A stretch of 64,000 bases of DNA from the NCBI GenBank assembly GCA_024681705.1, contig JAILAI010000284.1:152-64151 (forward strand). The letters run 5' to 3'. This document shows positions 20,371 to 31,500 of the stretch, piece after piece. The position numbers were made by a program, and so were the translations under genes. How positions within the stretch are numbered: position 1 is the first letter of the stretch; every line of letters starts with the position of its first letter. This DNA is from Prevotella sp. (GTDB taxonomy: Bacteria > Bacteroidota > Bacteroidia > Bacteroidales > Bacteroidaceae). The notes under the pieces were generated by a model. The model saw only the letters and a list, made by a program, of their open reading frames with translations, was not told the DNA's origin and made no database searches.

Positions 20371-21303
20371 ATGATTAAAAAAACGCTTTATTTTGGGAAT
20401 CCGGCATACTTGTCTTTAAAGAATGGTCAACTAGTCATCAAACTGCCTGAAGTAGAAAAGAATATAAATATAGAGAATCTTCGGGCAAAGCTAGTTAAGA
20501 CTATTCCTATTGAAGACATCGGTGTCGTTGTTTTAGACCATAAGGAAATCACAATTACTCAAGCATTGATGACAGCTTTACTAGACAATAAAGCGGCATT
20601 GATTACATGTGATGACAAAAGAATGCCAACAGGACTCCTTTTGCCTTTACATGGAAATACCATTTATAATGAAAGGTTCCGAAGCCAACTCGAAGCAACT
20701 TTACCTTTGAGGAAACAACTATGGCAGCAAACCATACAACGAAAAATAGAAAACCAAGCTAAGGTATTAGAACTATGCACCGATGCCAATATTAAAAACA
20801 TACTCACTATGGTTCGCAATGTTAAAAGTGGAGATAGCGACAATATTGAAGCTCAAGCTGCCGTTTATTATTGGAAAAACATTTTTCCCGATTTACCTGG
20901 GTTTATCAGAAGCAGAGAAGGAGAAGCACCAAATAATCTTCTAAACTATGGTTATGCAATCTTAAGGGCGGTCGTTGCAAGAGCGTTAGTGATAAGTGGT
21001 TTACTTCCTATCATGGGCATACATCATCACAACCGATATAATGCATATTGTTTGGCTGATGATATTATGGAACCTTATCGTCCTTTTGTAGACAAACTGA
21101 TTGTTGAAATACGTAACAGGATGGTAATACCAGATGAATTAACAACTGAATTAAAACGTGAACTTCTGGTTATTCCTGTCTTGGATGTGAAGATTGAAGG
21201 GAAACGTAGCCCCCTGATGGTCGCAGTAAGCCAGACAACGGCAAGCTTGGCGAAATGTTTTAACGGTAAAATACGGAAGGTTTCATATCCCGTGTTTGCA
21301 TGA
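20371..21303 (+). CDS. cas1: CRISPR-associated Cas1
   Basis: IPIEDI, EAQAA, NYGYAILR, GIHH and LADDIMEPYRP motifs. Confidence 0.97.
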   Translation: MIKKTLYFGNPAYLSLKNGQLVIKLPEVEKNINIENLRAKLVKTIPIEDIGVVVLDHKEITITQALMTALLDNKAALITCDDKRMPTGLLLPLHGNTIYNERFRSQLEATLPLRKQLWQQTIQRKIENQAKVLELCTDANIKNILTMVRNVKSGDSDNIEAQAAVYYWKNIFPDLPGFIRSREGEAPNNLLNYGYAILRAVVARALVISGLLPIMGIHHHNRYNAYCLADDIMEPYRPFVDKLIVEIRNRMVIPDELTTELKRELLVIPVLDVKIEGKRSPLMVAVSQTTASLAKCFNGKIRKVSYPVFA

Positions 21304-21638
21304 ACAGTGAGAAATGGAATGAATATCAAATTATGTGGGTAGTTGTTTTGTTTGATTTACCCACAATTACAAAAAAAGAACGTAAAGCCTCTGCCGAATT
21401 CCGCAAACGGATAATGGGAGATGGATTTACTATGTTCCAGTTGTCCGTATATGTGCGTCATTGTGCCAGTATGGATAATGCCAGAGTGCATATTAAACGA
21501 GTAGAATCAATGCTGCCTGAAAGTGGACATGTTGTTATTATGTGTATAACAGATAAACAATTTGCAGACATAAAAGTATTTTATTGTAAGAAGCAAGAAC
21601 GGACAAATGCACCTTATCAACAACTAGAATTGTTTTAG
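21300..21638 (+). CDS. cas2: CRISPR-associated Cas2
   Basis: MWVVVLFDLP...FRK...GFTMFQLSVY...ITDKQF; overlaps the cas1 stop (ATGA). Confidence 0.96.
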   Translation: MNSEKWNEYQIMWVVVLFDLPTITKKERKASAEFRKRIMGDGFTMFQLSVYVRHCASMDNARVHIKRVESMLPESGHVVIMCITDKQFADIKVFYCKKQERTNAPYQQLELF

Positions 21639-21745
21639 CAAAGAAGATTTCACCTTTTGGGTGAAATCTTCTTGTCAAAGTGGACGATTTTTCTTTTGAA
21701 TTATCCTTCCTAACGAACACATAGTCAATATGTTAGGCAAATCCT

Positions 21746-24700
21746 ATTGTTGATTCGTCCACAAAGGTACGAAATTTCTAGCTAATCACAACCAGTCCGG
21801 CACCGCTGACCAATTCCTTGCAATTGTTGATTCGTCCACAAAGGTACGAAATTTCTAGCTAATCACAACTTGCATACTCTTGTATCGTTCCCACCTGCGA
21901 TTGTTGATTCGTCCACAAAGGTACGAAATTTCTAGCTAATCACAACTAAAGGAGACAGAGAAATGAAATTAGAAAAATTGTTGATTCGTCCACAAAGGTA
22001 CGAAATTTCTAGCTAATCACAACTTAGTTTTGTAAATTATGATAGTGATTATTATTGTTGATTCGTCCACAAAGGTACGAAATTTCTAGCTAATCACAAC
22101 GTCTTGGGTAGCTTTATACAACCGTTCGAATTGTTGATTCGTCCACAAAGGTACGAAATTTCTAGCTAATCACAACTAATGGTAAGGTACGATATATCAG
22201 ACAAAAATTGTTGATTCGTCCACAAAGGTACGAAATTTCTAGCTAATCACAACACCAATTGTTTCCTCGGTATAGATGACTTGATTGTTGATTCGTCCAC
22301 AAAGGTACGAAATTTCTAGCTAATCACAACGCATCTGAAAAGCTTTTAGAGATTACACGTATTGTTGATTCGTCCACAAAGGTACGAAATTTCTAGCTAA
22401 TCACAACGTCAACAAGATACCTACCAGAGTTAATGTGATTGTTGATTCGTCCACAAAGGTACGAAATTTCTAGCTAATCACAACCAGGATGAGCGAGGCA
22501 GGCGACTTGGAAGGATTGTTGATTCGTCCACAAAGGTACGAAATTTCTAGCTAATCACAACTGCGCCTTCACCCTGACGATGCTGTCCCAATTGTTGATT
22601 CGTCCACAAAGGTACGAAATTTCTAGCTAATCACAACTCACTTTCCACGATGTTCACAGTGGCATGTATTGTTGATTCGTCCACAAAGGTACGAAATTTC
22701 TAGCTAATCACAACTGGCTGTGATACAGCCACATACCGAACAGCATTGTTGATTCGTCCACAAAGGTACGAAATTTCTAGCTAATCACAACTCAATCTTC
22801 CAGTCCATTGAATAGGCTGCGATTGTTGATTCGTCCACAAAGGTACGAAATTTCTAGCTAATCACAACTAGAAAAGAATCTCAGCAGGACCATCAACAAT
22901 TGTTGATTCGTCCACAAAGGTACGAAATTTCTAGCTAATCACAACCTTCTAATGATGCTACTACTTTTAGTAATGATTGTTGATTCGTCCACAAAGGTAC
23001 GAAATTTCTAGCTAATCACAACGGGAGATCTCCGCGAAGCTTCGCGTAAAAATTGTTGATTCGTCCACAAAGGTACGAAATTTCTAGCTAATCACAACCA
23101 TGTCGCCGTGCCGCTTCGATGGCGAGGTATTGTTGATTCGTCCACAAAGGTACGAAATTTCTAGCTAATCACAACAATGTGAAAGAAAGGGTTAAACACT
23201 TTTTTATTGTTGATTCGTCCACAAAGGTACGAAATTTCTAGCTAATCACAACTTTTAAGCAAGATTTTGGTCATGAGCAAGTATTGTTGATTCGTCCACA
23301 AAGGTACGAAATTTCTAGCTAATCACAACGGCAAAGGCCACGTTATCGAAGCCGAAGCCATTGTTGATTCGTCCACAAAGGTACGAAATTTCTAGCTAAT
23401 CACAACTCTTAGCATGTCATATACTCTATGATGGAAATTGTTGATTCGTCCACAAAGGTACGAAATTTCTAGCTAATCACAACTAAATCTCAATGATGAC
23501 AAGAAACAAACTTATTGTTGATTCGTCCACAAAGGTACGAAATTTCTAGCTAATCACAACTAGCCCACAGTCTCTAATCACTTTGTCAAAATTGTTGATT
23601 CGTCCACAAAGGTACGAAATTTCTAGCTAATCACAACTTTTGAAACTTATAAATGATCGACAAATCTATTGTTGATTCGTCCACAAAGGTACGAAATTTC
23701 TAGCTAATCACAACTGTGTGGCCACCGCCGCCACGTCCGCCTCATTGTTGATTCGTCCACAAAGGTACGAAATTTCTAGCTAATCACAACAGAAAAAATG
23801 CGATTTCCGCCTACATGATGATTGTTGATTCGTCCACAAAGGTACGAAATTTCTAGCTAATCACAACCTGGCGTTGCCAAGGCCGCAGGTGAGATTAATT
23901 GTTGATTCGTCCACAAAGGTACGAAATTTCTAGCTAATCACAACCACTTGGGATTATGTGTGTGCGCCAGTCGTATTGTTGATTCGTCCACAAAGGTACG
24001 AAATTTCTAGCTAATCACAACAAACATTTCAACGTTTGAAACATTGTAAACATTGTTGATTCGTCCACAAAGGTACGAAATTTCTAGCTAATCACAACGG
24101 CGTCATCCTCGCCCTTTGCCGATGACCAATTGTTGATTCGTCCACAAAGGTACGAAATTTCTAGCTAATCACAACAGAAGTCTTCTACGTTCTCGCCAGC
24201 GAGCGATTGTTGATTCGTCCACAAAGGTACGAAATTTCTAGCTAATCACAACCAAAGGAAAAATATATCAATGAAAAAAAGGATTGTTGATTCGTCCACA
24301 AAGGTACGAAATTTCTAGCTAATCACAACTTATCCTTATATCTTAATTTGAATGCATCAATTGTTGATTCGTCCACAAAGGTACGAAATTTCTAGCTAAT
24401 CACAACCACCGCCGGCAATGCCAGTTCCCCGTCGAATTGTTGATTCGTCCACAAAGGTACGAAATTTCTAGCTAATCACAACCGATTCGCACTTTATAAC
24501 CCGACCGCAACAATTGTTGATTCGTCCACAAAGGTACGAAATTTCTAGCTAATCACAACCTATCGGGAGCAGCTTCTCACCGAGTTCAAATTGTTGATTC
24601 GTCCACAAAGGTACGAAATTTCTAGCTAATCACAACATACGACAAACAATTATGGAGAAATCGACTATTGTTGATTCGTCCACAAAGGTACGAAATTTCT

Positions 24701-25173
24701 AGCTAATCACAACTGCTCGTTCTTGCGGATTTGGTCTTGCTTTATTGTTGATTCGTCCACAAAGGTACGAAATTTCTAGCTAATCACAACTGCTCAAGCG
24801 ACCTCTAGGGCGAGTGACGGATTGTTGATTCGTCCACAAAGGTACGAAATTTCTAGCTAATCACAACGGTTATTGCGACGACGTGGCCACTTGGCCTATT
24901 GTTGATTCGTCCACAAAGGTACGAAATTTCTAGCTAATCACAACATCCCTTTCGATATGTGTGTACAAATGAATATTGTTGATTCGTCCACAAAGGTACG
25001 AAATTTCTAGCTAATCACAACCTGCCTCCTTTCTTATCAAAGCACTGTCAATTGTTGATTCGTCCACAAAGGTACGAAATTTCTAGCTAATCACAACGTA
25101 AAAAGGTAAGGATAACAACTCACCCTATTGTTGATTCGTCCACAAAGGTACGAAATTTCTGTATTATAGCAAC
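21746..25173 (-). CRISPR. CRISPR array: 45 repeats of 47 bp (last one degenerate) and 44 spacers of 29-30 bp
   Basis: Plus-strand repeat is attgttgattcgtccacaaaggtacgaaatttctagctaatcacaac, counted by hand. Minus-strand transcription is inferred from tracrRNA complementarity and the promoter consensus inside the repeat. Confidence 0.98.
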
Positions 25174-25279
25174 AGAGACATAAGACTTTTTATATACGTA
25201 ATTGATAAAGGAAATATGTTTGATTGGTTTATGGGCAGAATATAGGGAAATTGTACATATTTTAACAAACCTCACTCTC

Positions 25280-25645
25280 CGAACTGTTAATTTTCGGCCC
25301 CAAAATCCGCCAAAATTTTAACATAAAACTACCCACATGTCTATCCCCTTTTTGCTATCTCGTAGATTACAATCGAAAAGGCGGTTGAGCAAAACTGCCG
25401 CTTTTGATCATCGAAATTGGCGCTTTTGATGACCTAAACTGCCGCTTTTGCTCATCGAAACTGCCGCTTTTGGTGAAAAAAATCTAGATTTTTCTGCATG
25501 AAAATTGATGTTTTATGCGAAAATTTTTGTCGGTGAATTTGTAACTAATTGTCAGTTAGCGTTTTACGCCTAATCGCTGAGAATAGCGCTTTTCGGAGCT
25601 TCGGATTTTGTAACGCAGAATTTTTAAATTATGGTGTTAAAAACT
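25280..25645 (-). repeat. Dispersed repeat family A, copy 2 (inverted)
   Basis: aaaactacccacatgtctatcccctttttgc...aaactgccgcttttg is the reverse complement of the core in copies 1 and 3. Confidence 0.85.
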
Positions 25646-25790
25646 GGCTACCGAAGCGTTAAAAGTTGTTGCAAGGAAGAGACGGAGGTTGGCGAGGTGA
25701 AGATGCATTGTGGAAAGGGACCCCAGCCCGCCTTGATAGTTAAGTTTCGATAAAAAAACGAGATTGTTTGCTTGTTACGCCGATTATTCG

Positions 25791-25798
25791 TATCTTTG
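25791..25798 (+). promoter_or_regulatory. Bacteroidota -7 promoter box for the 8-gene operon
   Basis: TATCTTTG about 65 nt upstream of ATG 25862. Confidence 0.6.
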
Positions 25799-25861
25799 CC
25801 GTGTTCATGGTCGGTGGGACTCGTTCTGAAGGTTCTGGCGAGCTATAATCCCTGCCCTCAA

Positions 25862-26662
25862 ATGTCGAAAATGCAAAATCGTATCGTAACGGGACTCTTA
25901 TTGCTGCTATCGGTGTTGGCTTTGCTGACTTATGCCTACTTCGCCTTCCTCGGCATGGCATATCTGCTGCAAGGGCAGTTTCTCTATTTTGTGCTGCTCT
26001 CGGTGGCATGGGCCGTGGGCATGGGGCTCTGCATCTATGCCCTGTGCAAACGGGAGGCGCCATTCAGTCTGGGCAACAGCAAACTGCGCCGCACCATCGC
26101 CAGGATGGGCATCGGAGCCCTGCTGGTGGTAGGCATCATACCGCTCGTACGCTTCATCCAGGTGTACAACCATCAGGACGAGCTGCAATGGAAAATCAAC
26201 CATACGAGGGAGAACCTGTTGCAGATGGACTCCATCTACAACGACTATGCCCACCAGCGCATCGACGACTACGAGAAGCAGCTGCGGAAGGACAAGTTCA
26301 AAAGGAAGAAGGTGCGCGCACTGGTGAGCAGTCTGGAGCGCCGACTTCTGCCCGCCAACCTCGACTCGGTGCGTAGTCAGCGCGCCGAATGGCTCAGCCA
26401 GAGCTGGCCCACCGACGTGTTCAGCGTGGCCACTCCGCTGGGACTCTCCGCCCTCGTGGAGGCCGAGACGTCGTGGACCGAGACATACGACCAGCTGTCG
26501 GCAGTCATCTATAAAGGCGAAGACACGCAGGTGTTCAGCCAGTATCTAGAAGCGTTGCAAAGCAGCGACACCACAACCGTCGCACTACGTCCACCGCTCC
26601 GCATCAGGAAGACGGGACGACCCATAGAAAATTCACAGAAGACATTCAGAATACATTCTTGA
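25862..26662 (+). CDS. Hypothetical membrane protein (3 N-terminal TMs plus helical region); operon gene 1
   Basis: Three hydrophobic segments followed by a charged helical domain. Start is ATG 25862 or 25871. Confidence 0.7.
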   Translation: MSKMQNRIVTGLLLLLSVLALLTYAYFAFLGMAYLLQGQFLYFVLLSVAWAVGMGLCIYALCKREAPFSLGNSKLRRTIARMGIGALLVVGIIPLVRFIQVYNHQDELQWKINHTRENLLQMDSIYNDYAHQRIDDYEKQLRKDKFKRKKVRALVSSLERRLLPANLDSVRSQRAEWLSQSWPTDVFSVATPLGLSALVEAETSWTETYDQLSAVIYKGEDTQVFSQYLEALQSSDTTTVALRPPLRIRKTGRPIENSQKTFRIHS

Positions 26663-28521
26663 AAACAATCAACGACATAGCATTCAACCCGCAGGGTTAC
26701 ACCTCGGCCCGCATCAAGCAGATGCTGGCACAGGGCGACATCACCGAAGCCAACCTCGCCACGCTCCTTGGGAATGACGAGGCTGAGGCATTGCTACACG
26801 AGCAGACCCCTGCGACGTTGCCGAAGGGATCCGCCGAAGCACGGTACCCCGATGCCACGCAGATTGTCTTCTGGGGATGCCCCGAATGTGGCAAATCGCT
26901 GGCCATCGCCACGCTGCTCTCGTTGCCTGGCATGCGCCCAGACAGCCCAGGGTCGCCCAACTTCGCGACGTCGTCGGCCGTGCTGCTGCCCGATGATGGT
27001 GATGATCAACAAACCATCCATAGCGTTGGCTACAAGAAAGCTTGGTGGTCGCTCGACTACCACCTCTCGTTCATCGAGGCGAGGCTGACGGGTACGGGGC
27101 TGCCCGACATCGAGCTGGAGCGGACGCAGGACCAGATTCACCTACTCTGCATCGACTGCCGTCAGGACCTCCACATGCAGGTGCAGCGACTGATGCCCGT
27201 GCTGAGGTATCTCGAGAACGAGGACTACATCAGCTATACGAAGGGCATCTACGTGATGGTGATGAAGACCGACCTGATGAACGCCCCGCAGACGTACCGC
27301 TCGGCCTGCGCCCAGACGCTCGTCACGACATCGCTGCCCCAGTTCTGGAACTACGTGCAGAACCTCTGTCTGCGCCATCACATCCTGCCGCTGGCCTCGT
27401 CGGACGACGAGAAGGGCATGGACGACGGCAGCCTGCCCATCGGCTTCAGCGTAGGTCAGTTCCTGCTCGGCGACTTCGCCATCGTGCAGAACGACGCTCC
27501 CGGAACATTCTTCAGCCGCGCCCTGCTGCCCAGATGCAAACCCGTGCAGAACCTGCTCGGCTGGCTCTACACCAAGATGAACGCCCTGCTGACGATACTC
27601 ATCGCGGCCTTCGTCCTCGTCAGTGCATACCAGCTCTTCTTCAGTCCCCAACAGGGTGGTCAGAAAGGCATCGCGTCGTTTGTCAGACACGCCATCTTCC
27701 CCAGCGGAGGCTCGGCCGAGACAACCCTCGCGCCCTTCAACTTCAAGATCTATTTCCTGGGCGAGGTAGAGCGACTGGAGCAGACTCCGTTCGACTCGCT
27801 GCTGATTGTCTACACGCGACTCTCTTCCGACCTCTCCACCGAGCGGACCATCCACACGGCCGACGGCGAACTGCTAGTGAGCGAGACCGACGCCGAGCTG
27901 TGCGACTCGACCCTCACCAAGGTGATGGCTGAAATGCTGTCGAAACAGGCCAGCAGACTCTTCGACTCACCATCGTGGACCAGCGAAGAACACACCCTGC
28001 AGCAGCTGAACCTGCTGGTGCAGAACGTACAGGAACACCCTGCCGCCAGCCACTCGCAACTGCCCAAATACGCGGGCTATCTGAATGCCTATTTCAATAC
28101 GGTGAAGCCCCTGCTGAACACCTTGGGCAACTGCCGCAGCCTCGCCGACGTGGAGAAAGTGGAGAATATGTGCACGCTTTGCAACGACTATCCCTTCACC
28201 TCGGACCACTCGTTGCGCGAGGCCATCGCACGGGCTCCGGCCACCGCATGCCATAGCTATGCCAACTGTCTGACCGACAGCGTGGAGCAGCTCATCGCCG
28301 CCAAGCGCGAGTCGAGAGGATTCTTCCCCTTCGACCTGTCGTTCATCTTCGGCGAACGCGACGAGAACACACAGTCGCTGGCACGGCTCGAACACCCCAT
28401 ACAGCAACTGCTCGCGCAGATCAGCGAGCGCAAGTCGACCGACTACGAGGACATACGCTCGCAACTGAACAACGCCCTCGACAGAATACATGAATACTCA
28501 TCGTCACCATTTGGCGGTTAA
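26659..28521 (+). CDS. Divergent P-loop GTPase-like protein with central TM; operon gene 2
   Basis: IVFWGCPECGKS (Walker A/G1), YVMVMKTD (G4-like xKxD), TM LLTILIAAFVLVSAYQLFF, helical C-terminus. TTG start overlaps the upstream stop. Confidence 0.65.
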   Translation: MKTINDIAFNPQGYTSARIKQMLAQGDITEANLATLLGNDEAEALLHEQTPATLPKGSAEARYPDATQIVFWGCPECGKSLAIATLLSLPGMRPDSPGSPNFATSSAVLLPDDGDDQQTIHSVGYKKAWWSLDYHLSFIEARLTGTGLPDIELERTQDQIHLLCIDCRQDLHMQVQRLMPVLRYLENEDYISYTKGIYVMVMKTDLMNAPQTYRSACAQTLVTTSLPQFWNYVQNLCLRHHILPLASSDDEKGMDDGSLPIGFSVGQFLLGDFAIVQNDAPGTFFSRALLPRCKPVQNLLGWLYTKMNALLTILIAAFVLVSAYQLFFSPQQGGQKGIASFVRHAIFPSGGSAETTLAPFNFKIYFLGEVERLEQTPFDSLLIVYTRLSSDLSTERTIHTADGELLVSETDAELCDSTLTKVMAEMLSKQASRLFDSPSWTSEEHTLQQLNLLVQNVQEHPAASHSQLPKYAGYLNAYFNTVKPLLNTLGNCRSLADVEKVENMCTLCNDYPFTSDHSLREAIARAPATACHSYANCLTDSVEQLIAAKRESRGFFPFDLSFIFGERDENTQSLARLEHPIQQLLAQISERKSTDYEDIRSQLNNALDRIHEYSSSPFGG

Positions 28522-28536
28522 CAACCATATCCATCT

Positions 28537-31500
28537 ATGCTCAACCATTTCAGTTTCCTATCATACAGGCCCTTCTCGTTCAGGACAGTAGCCACCGTCG
28601 GTGCCGTCCTCCTCGCCCTTGCCTTCGCCCTGTGTCTCTACATGGCGTCGAAGGTGCAGAAGTCGGTGGTCACCACCATCGACAGCATCGAGTTCCACGA
28701 CCTGAAAAGCATCTCTATCGGCGAACATAGCGACGTGTGCTACTCGAACGTGCCACAACGGTTCCTCATCGTAGAACCCACGGACGAAGGCTTCGCCTGG
28801 CACGTGAACGAGCAGTATCACGACTCGTTGCAATACTTCAAGATCAACAACGAGAACCCCAACCGACACGAGATTCGCAACAGTGCCGACCAGAAGCTGA
28901 CGACCACGCTCCGCAACAGCCACGCCGAGGCGACGTTCTCGCTGAGTGGTGCCGACATCTGGGAGTACTGCAAGCGCTTCGACGACCAGAAGGACATTCC
29001 GCTCCATCTGTTCGCCCCCGAGGGCAAGCAGCTAGGCATCGGCTCATCGGCATCGTTCATCCATATTGCCGACGGCTCCATCGCCCTCGTCATCCTCGAC
29101 GAGCGCACGCAGCTGACGGAGAACGGAACGACAGTATCGTACACCCGCTCGGGTACGGCATCTGCCGACGGCGACAAGAAGGGACATTGCAAGGTGCAGT
29201 TCTTCAACGTGAGCGAGCTGACCACACTCATCGACGACAGCGTGAGGCACTTCCTGCGCACCAGCGTGAAACTCACCGAATGGGGTGCCGGCCACGTGAT
29301 GCTCTCGAAGCAGGGCGTACAGGGCGACGAGGAGACGGCGAGCAGCATCCTCGTGAACTTCCCCAAGCCCATCACCTTCGTAGCCTCAGCCGACTCGCTC
29401 CGCAAAGTGTCGCAACCCAGCAGTCAGACCATCACGCTGAAGCAGAACAACAACGCGTTCCCGTCGAAGAGCGACATCTTCCTGCCGGCGTTCTCCAACG
29501 CCATCAACTTCGACGTGTGCAACCTGGAGTTCTTCCATCAGGACGACTCTATCGTGCTGCGCGACAATGCCCAGCACGCCTATGCGATAACGGCACCGTC
29601 GTGGCCGCTCTTCCCCAGGGTTGGTGGCGAGCCGCTGCTGCTGCAGTCGGGCAAGCACGTGCTGCACAGCCGTGCCGGCTTTATCGGCTTCTCCTTCTAC
29701 CTCAGCTATCTGGCACTGCCAGCCATCGTCACGCTGCTGTTGCTGCTACTCGTATGGTCGCCGCTGAGTCCGGTGAAGATCAAGAACAGCACGCGAACGA
29801 AAAAGAAAGGCGGCTGGAAATGGCCCGCCTTCCTGGGCATAGGGAAGCCCATGCCGAAGAACCTCTACAACAGCCGGCTTCTGGAGCACTATCCCACCTA
29901 TCTCACGCTGATCGTGCTGGGGGCGTTCGTCTTCAGTGCCTGCAAATCGCTCATCGCGCTCAAGCTGAGCTATACTTACCCCTATTTCGAAAAGATAACG
30001 GCCATCACACCCACCGCCACAGCCACCGCCATACTGCTGTTCTTCAGTCTGGCCATGCTGTTCAATTCGCCGCTCCGCCATGTAGCGGGCCAGCGGTTCA
30101 AGTTGTTGGCCAGCTGGCTACTGTGCTGTCTGCTGACGATAGGTCTGGTCTACACCTTCTTCTTCGCGATAGATCCGCAGAACAGCCAGCACGCCATCGA
30201 CTCCTATTTCCGTTCGGAGGTCTACTCCATCTTGCCTTGGGAATGGCTCTCGCAATACGGCATCAACGACACCCACCGCTCTGTCCCCTACGCACTGTTC
30301 TTCGCTGAGGCCTTTGTGCTGGTGGCCTGGCTGGTTGTCGACGTGTTCTGGGGCGTGTTCAATCCCGTCAGGAAGGGTACGGTGACGGTACAGCGAGTCG
30401 CCTCGCCAATGGAAAAGCTCAACCAGCAATGGCAGCAGTGGGCAGACACGTTCAACGGCTGGGTAGTGGGCCTATGGCAGAAACTGTTCCCGAAGAAGGC
30501 TACTTCGCCGAACAAGCCAGCCTCGCCGAAGAAGAGCAAGTGGAAAATAATCAATGGCTTGCGTGAGCTGGGATTGGTGATCGTCAGTTCGGTGAAGACG
30601 GCCCTGCACGCGCTCTCTCCCGGACACCTGCTACTGCTCGCCGCTCTCGCCTTCATCGGCAGTCAGTTCGGCAACTTTGGAACCGCCTTCATCTCGCTTA
30701 TCGTCATCCTCGGGCTGACCCGAGCACTCTCGAAAGTCTACGAATATACGCCCAACGACGCCTCGGGCAGCATGGTGCGTTTCTGCTCGATGCTCCTCAT
30801 CTCGATGGCCTATATCGGAGCGGCCATCGTGGGCGACAATGGCTACATGACCAACTACCTGGGATTCGCGATGTGCCTCGTCACCTTCTTCTTCCTGATA
30901 GACCGCCCGAGGGCGTTCGTCGGCAACCTGCAGAAGGCCGCCCGTGCCGAGAAGCGCAACATCCGCATCGCCATCATCTTTCTTACCGCTATCGTGGTAG
31001 CACTGCCCTTCGTCAGCAGCTGGGTGATAAACACCGACAAAGTGAACTACGCCCGACTGGCCCGTCGCGTGATGCTCTATTCCAGTTTCAACGACCTGCA
31101 ACGCAACGGATACCGCTATAGCGAGAGCGACGCAGAGTTCATGGTCATCATGAGTCACTACATGCAGAACCACGAGGGGGGCAATCCGCTGTCGAACGAC
31201 ACCCATTTCCTCCATCCGTCCATCAGCGCCGGACAGTCGCCCGTGGTGCTCAACGACCTTTCGATGCCCGCCGCCTTCTTCGGTGCCTACGGCATCGTGC
31301 CCACGACGGTCGTGTTCTTCGTCATGCTGCTCTTCCTGGCGTGGCTGGTCATGCAGTTCTCCATCGGTTTCGTCGACACCTCGCGGCCATTGCTCACCAA
31401 AGCCATGCAATGGCGACTGCTGGCCGTGTTCATGTGGATAGGCACCAGCTTCTACATATACCTGTCGTACATCGACCAGCTGCCCTTCACCGGCCGACTG

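Noticed and set aside
21793-25126. Self-targeting spacers within the window
   Set aside because: No match was seen by eye. This was not exhaustive and needs BLAST.
28737-30308. Long alternative-frame or antisense ORFs (also 752-1720, 44633-46177, 49493-50974, 55204-56493 and others)
   Set aside because: These are shadow ORFs expected from GC-rich codon bias in the real genes; they have no motifs of their own.
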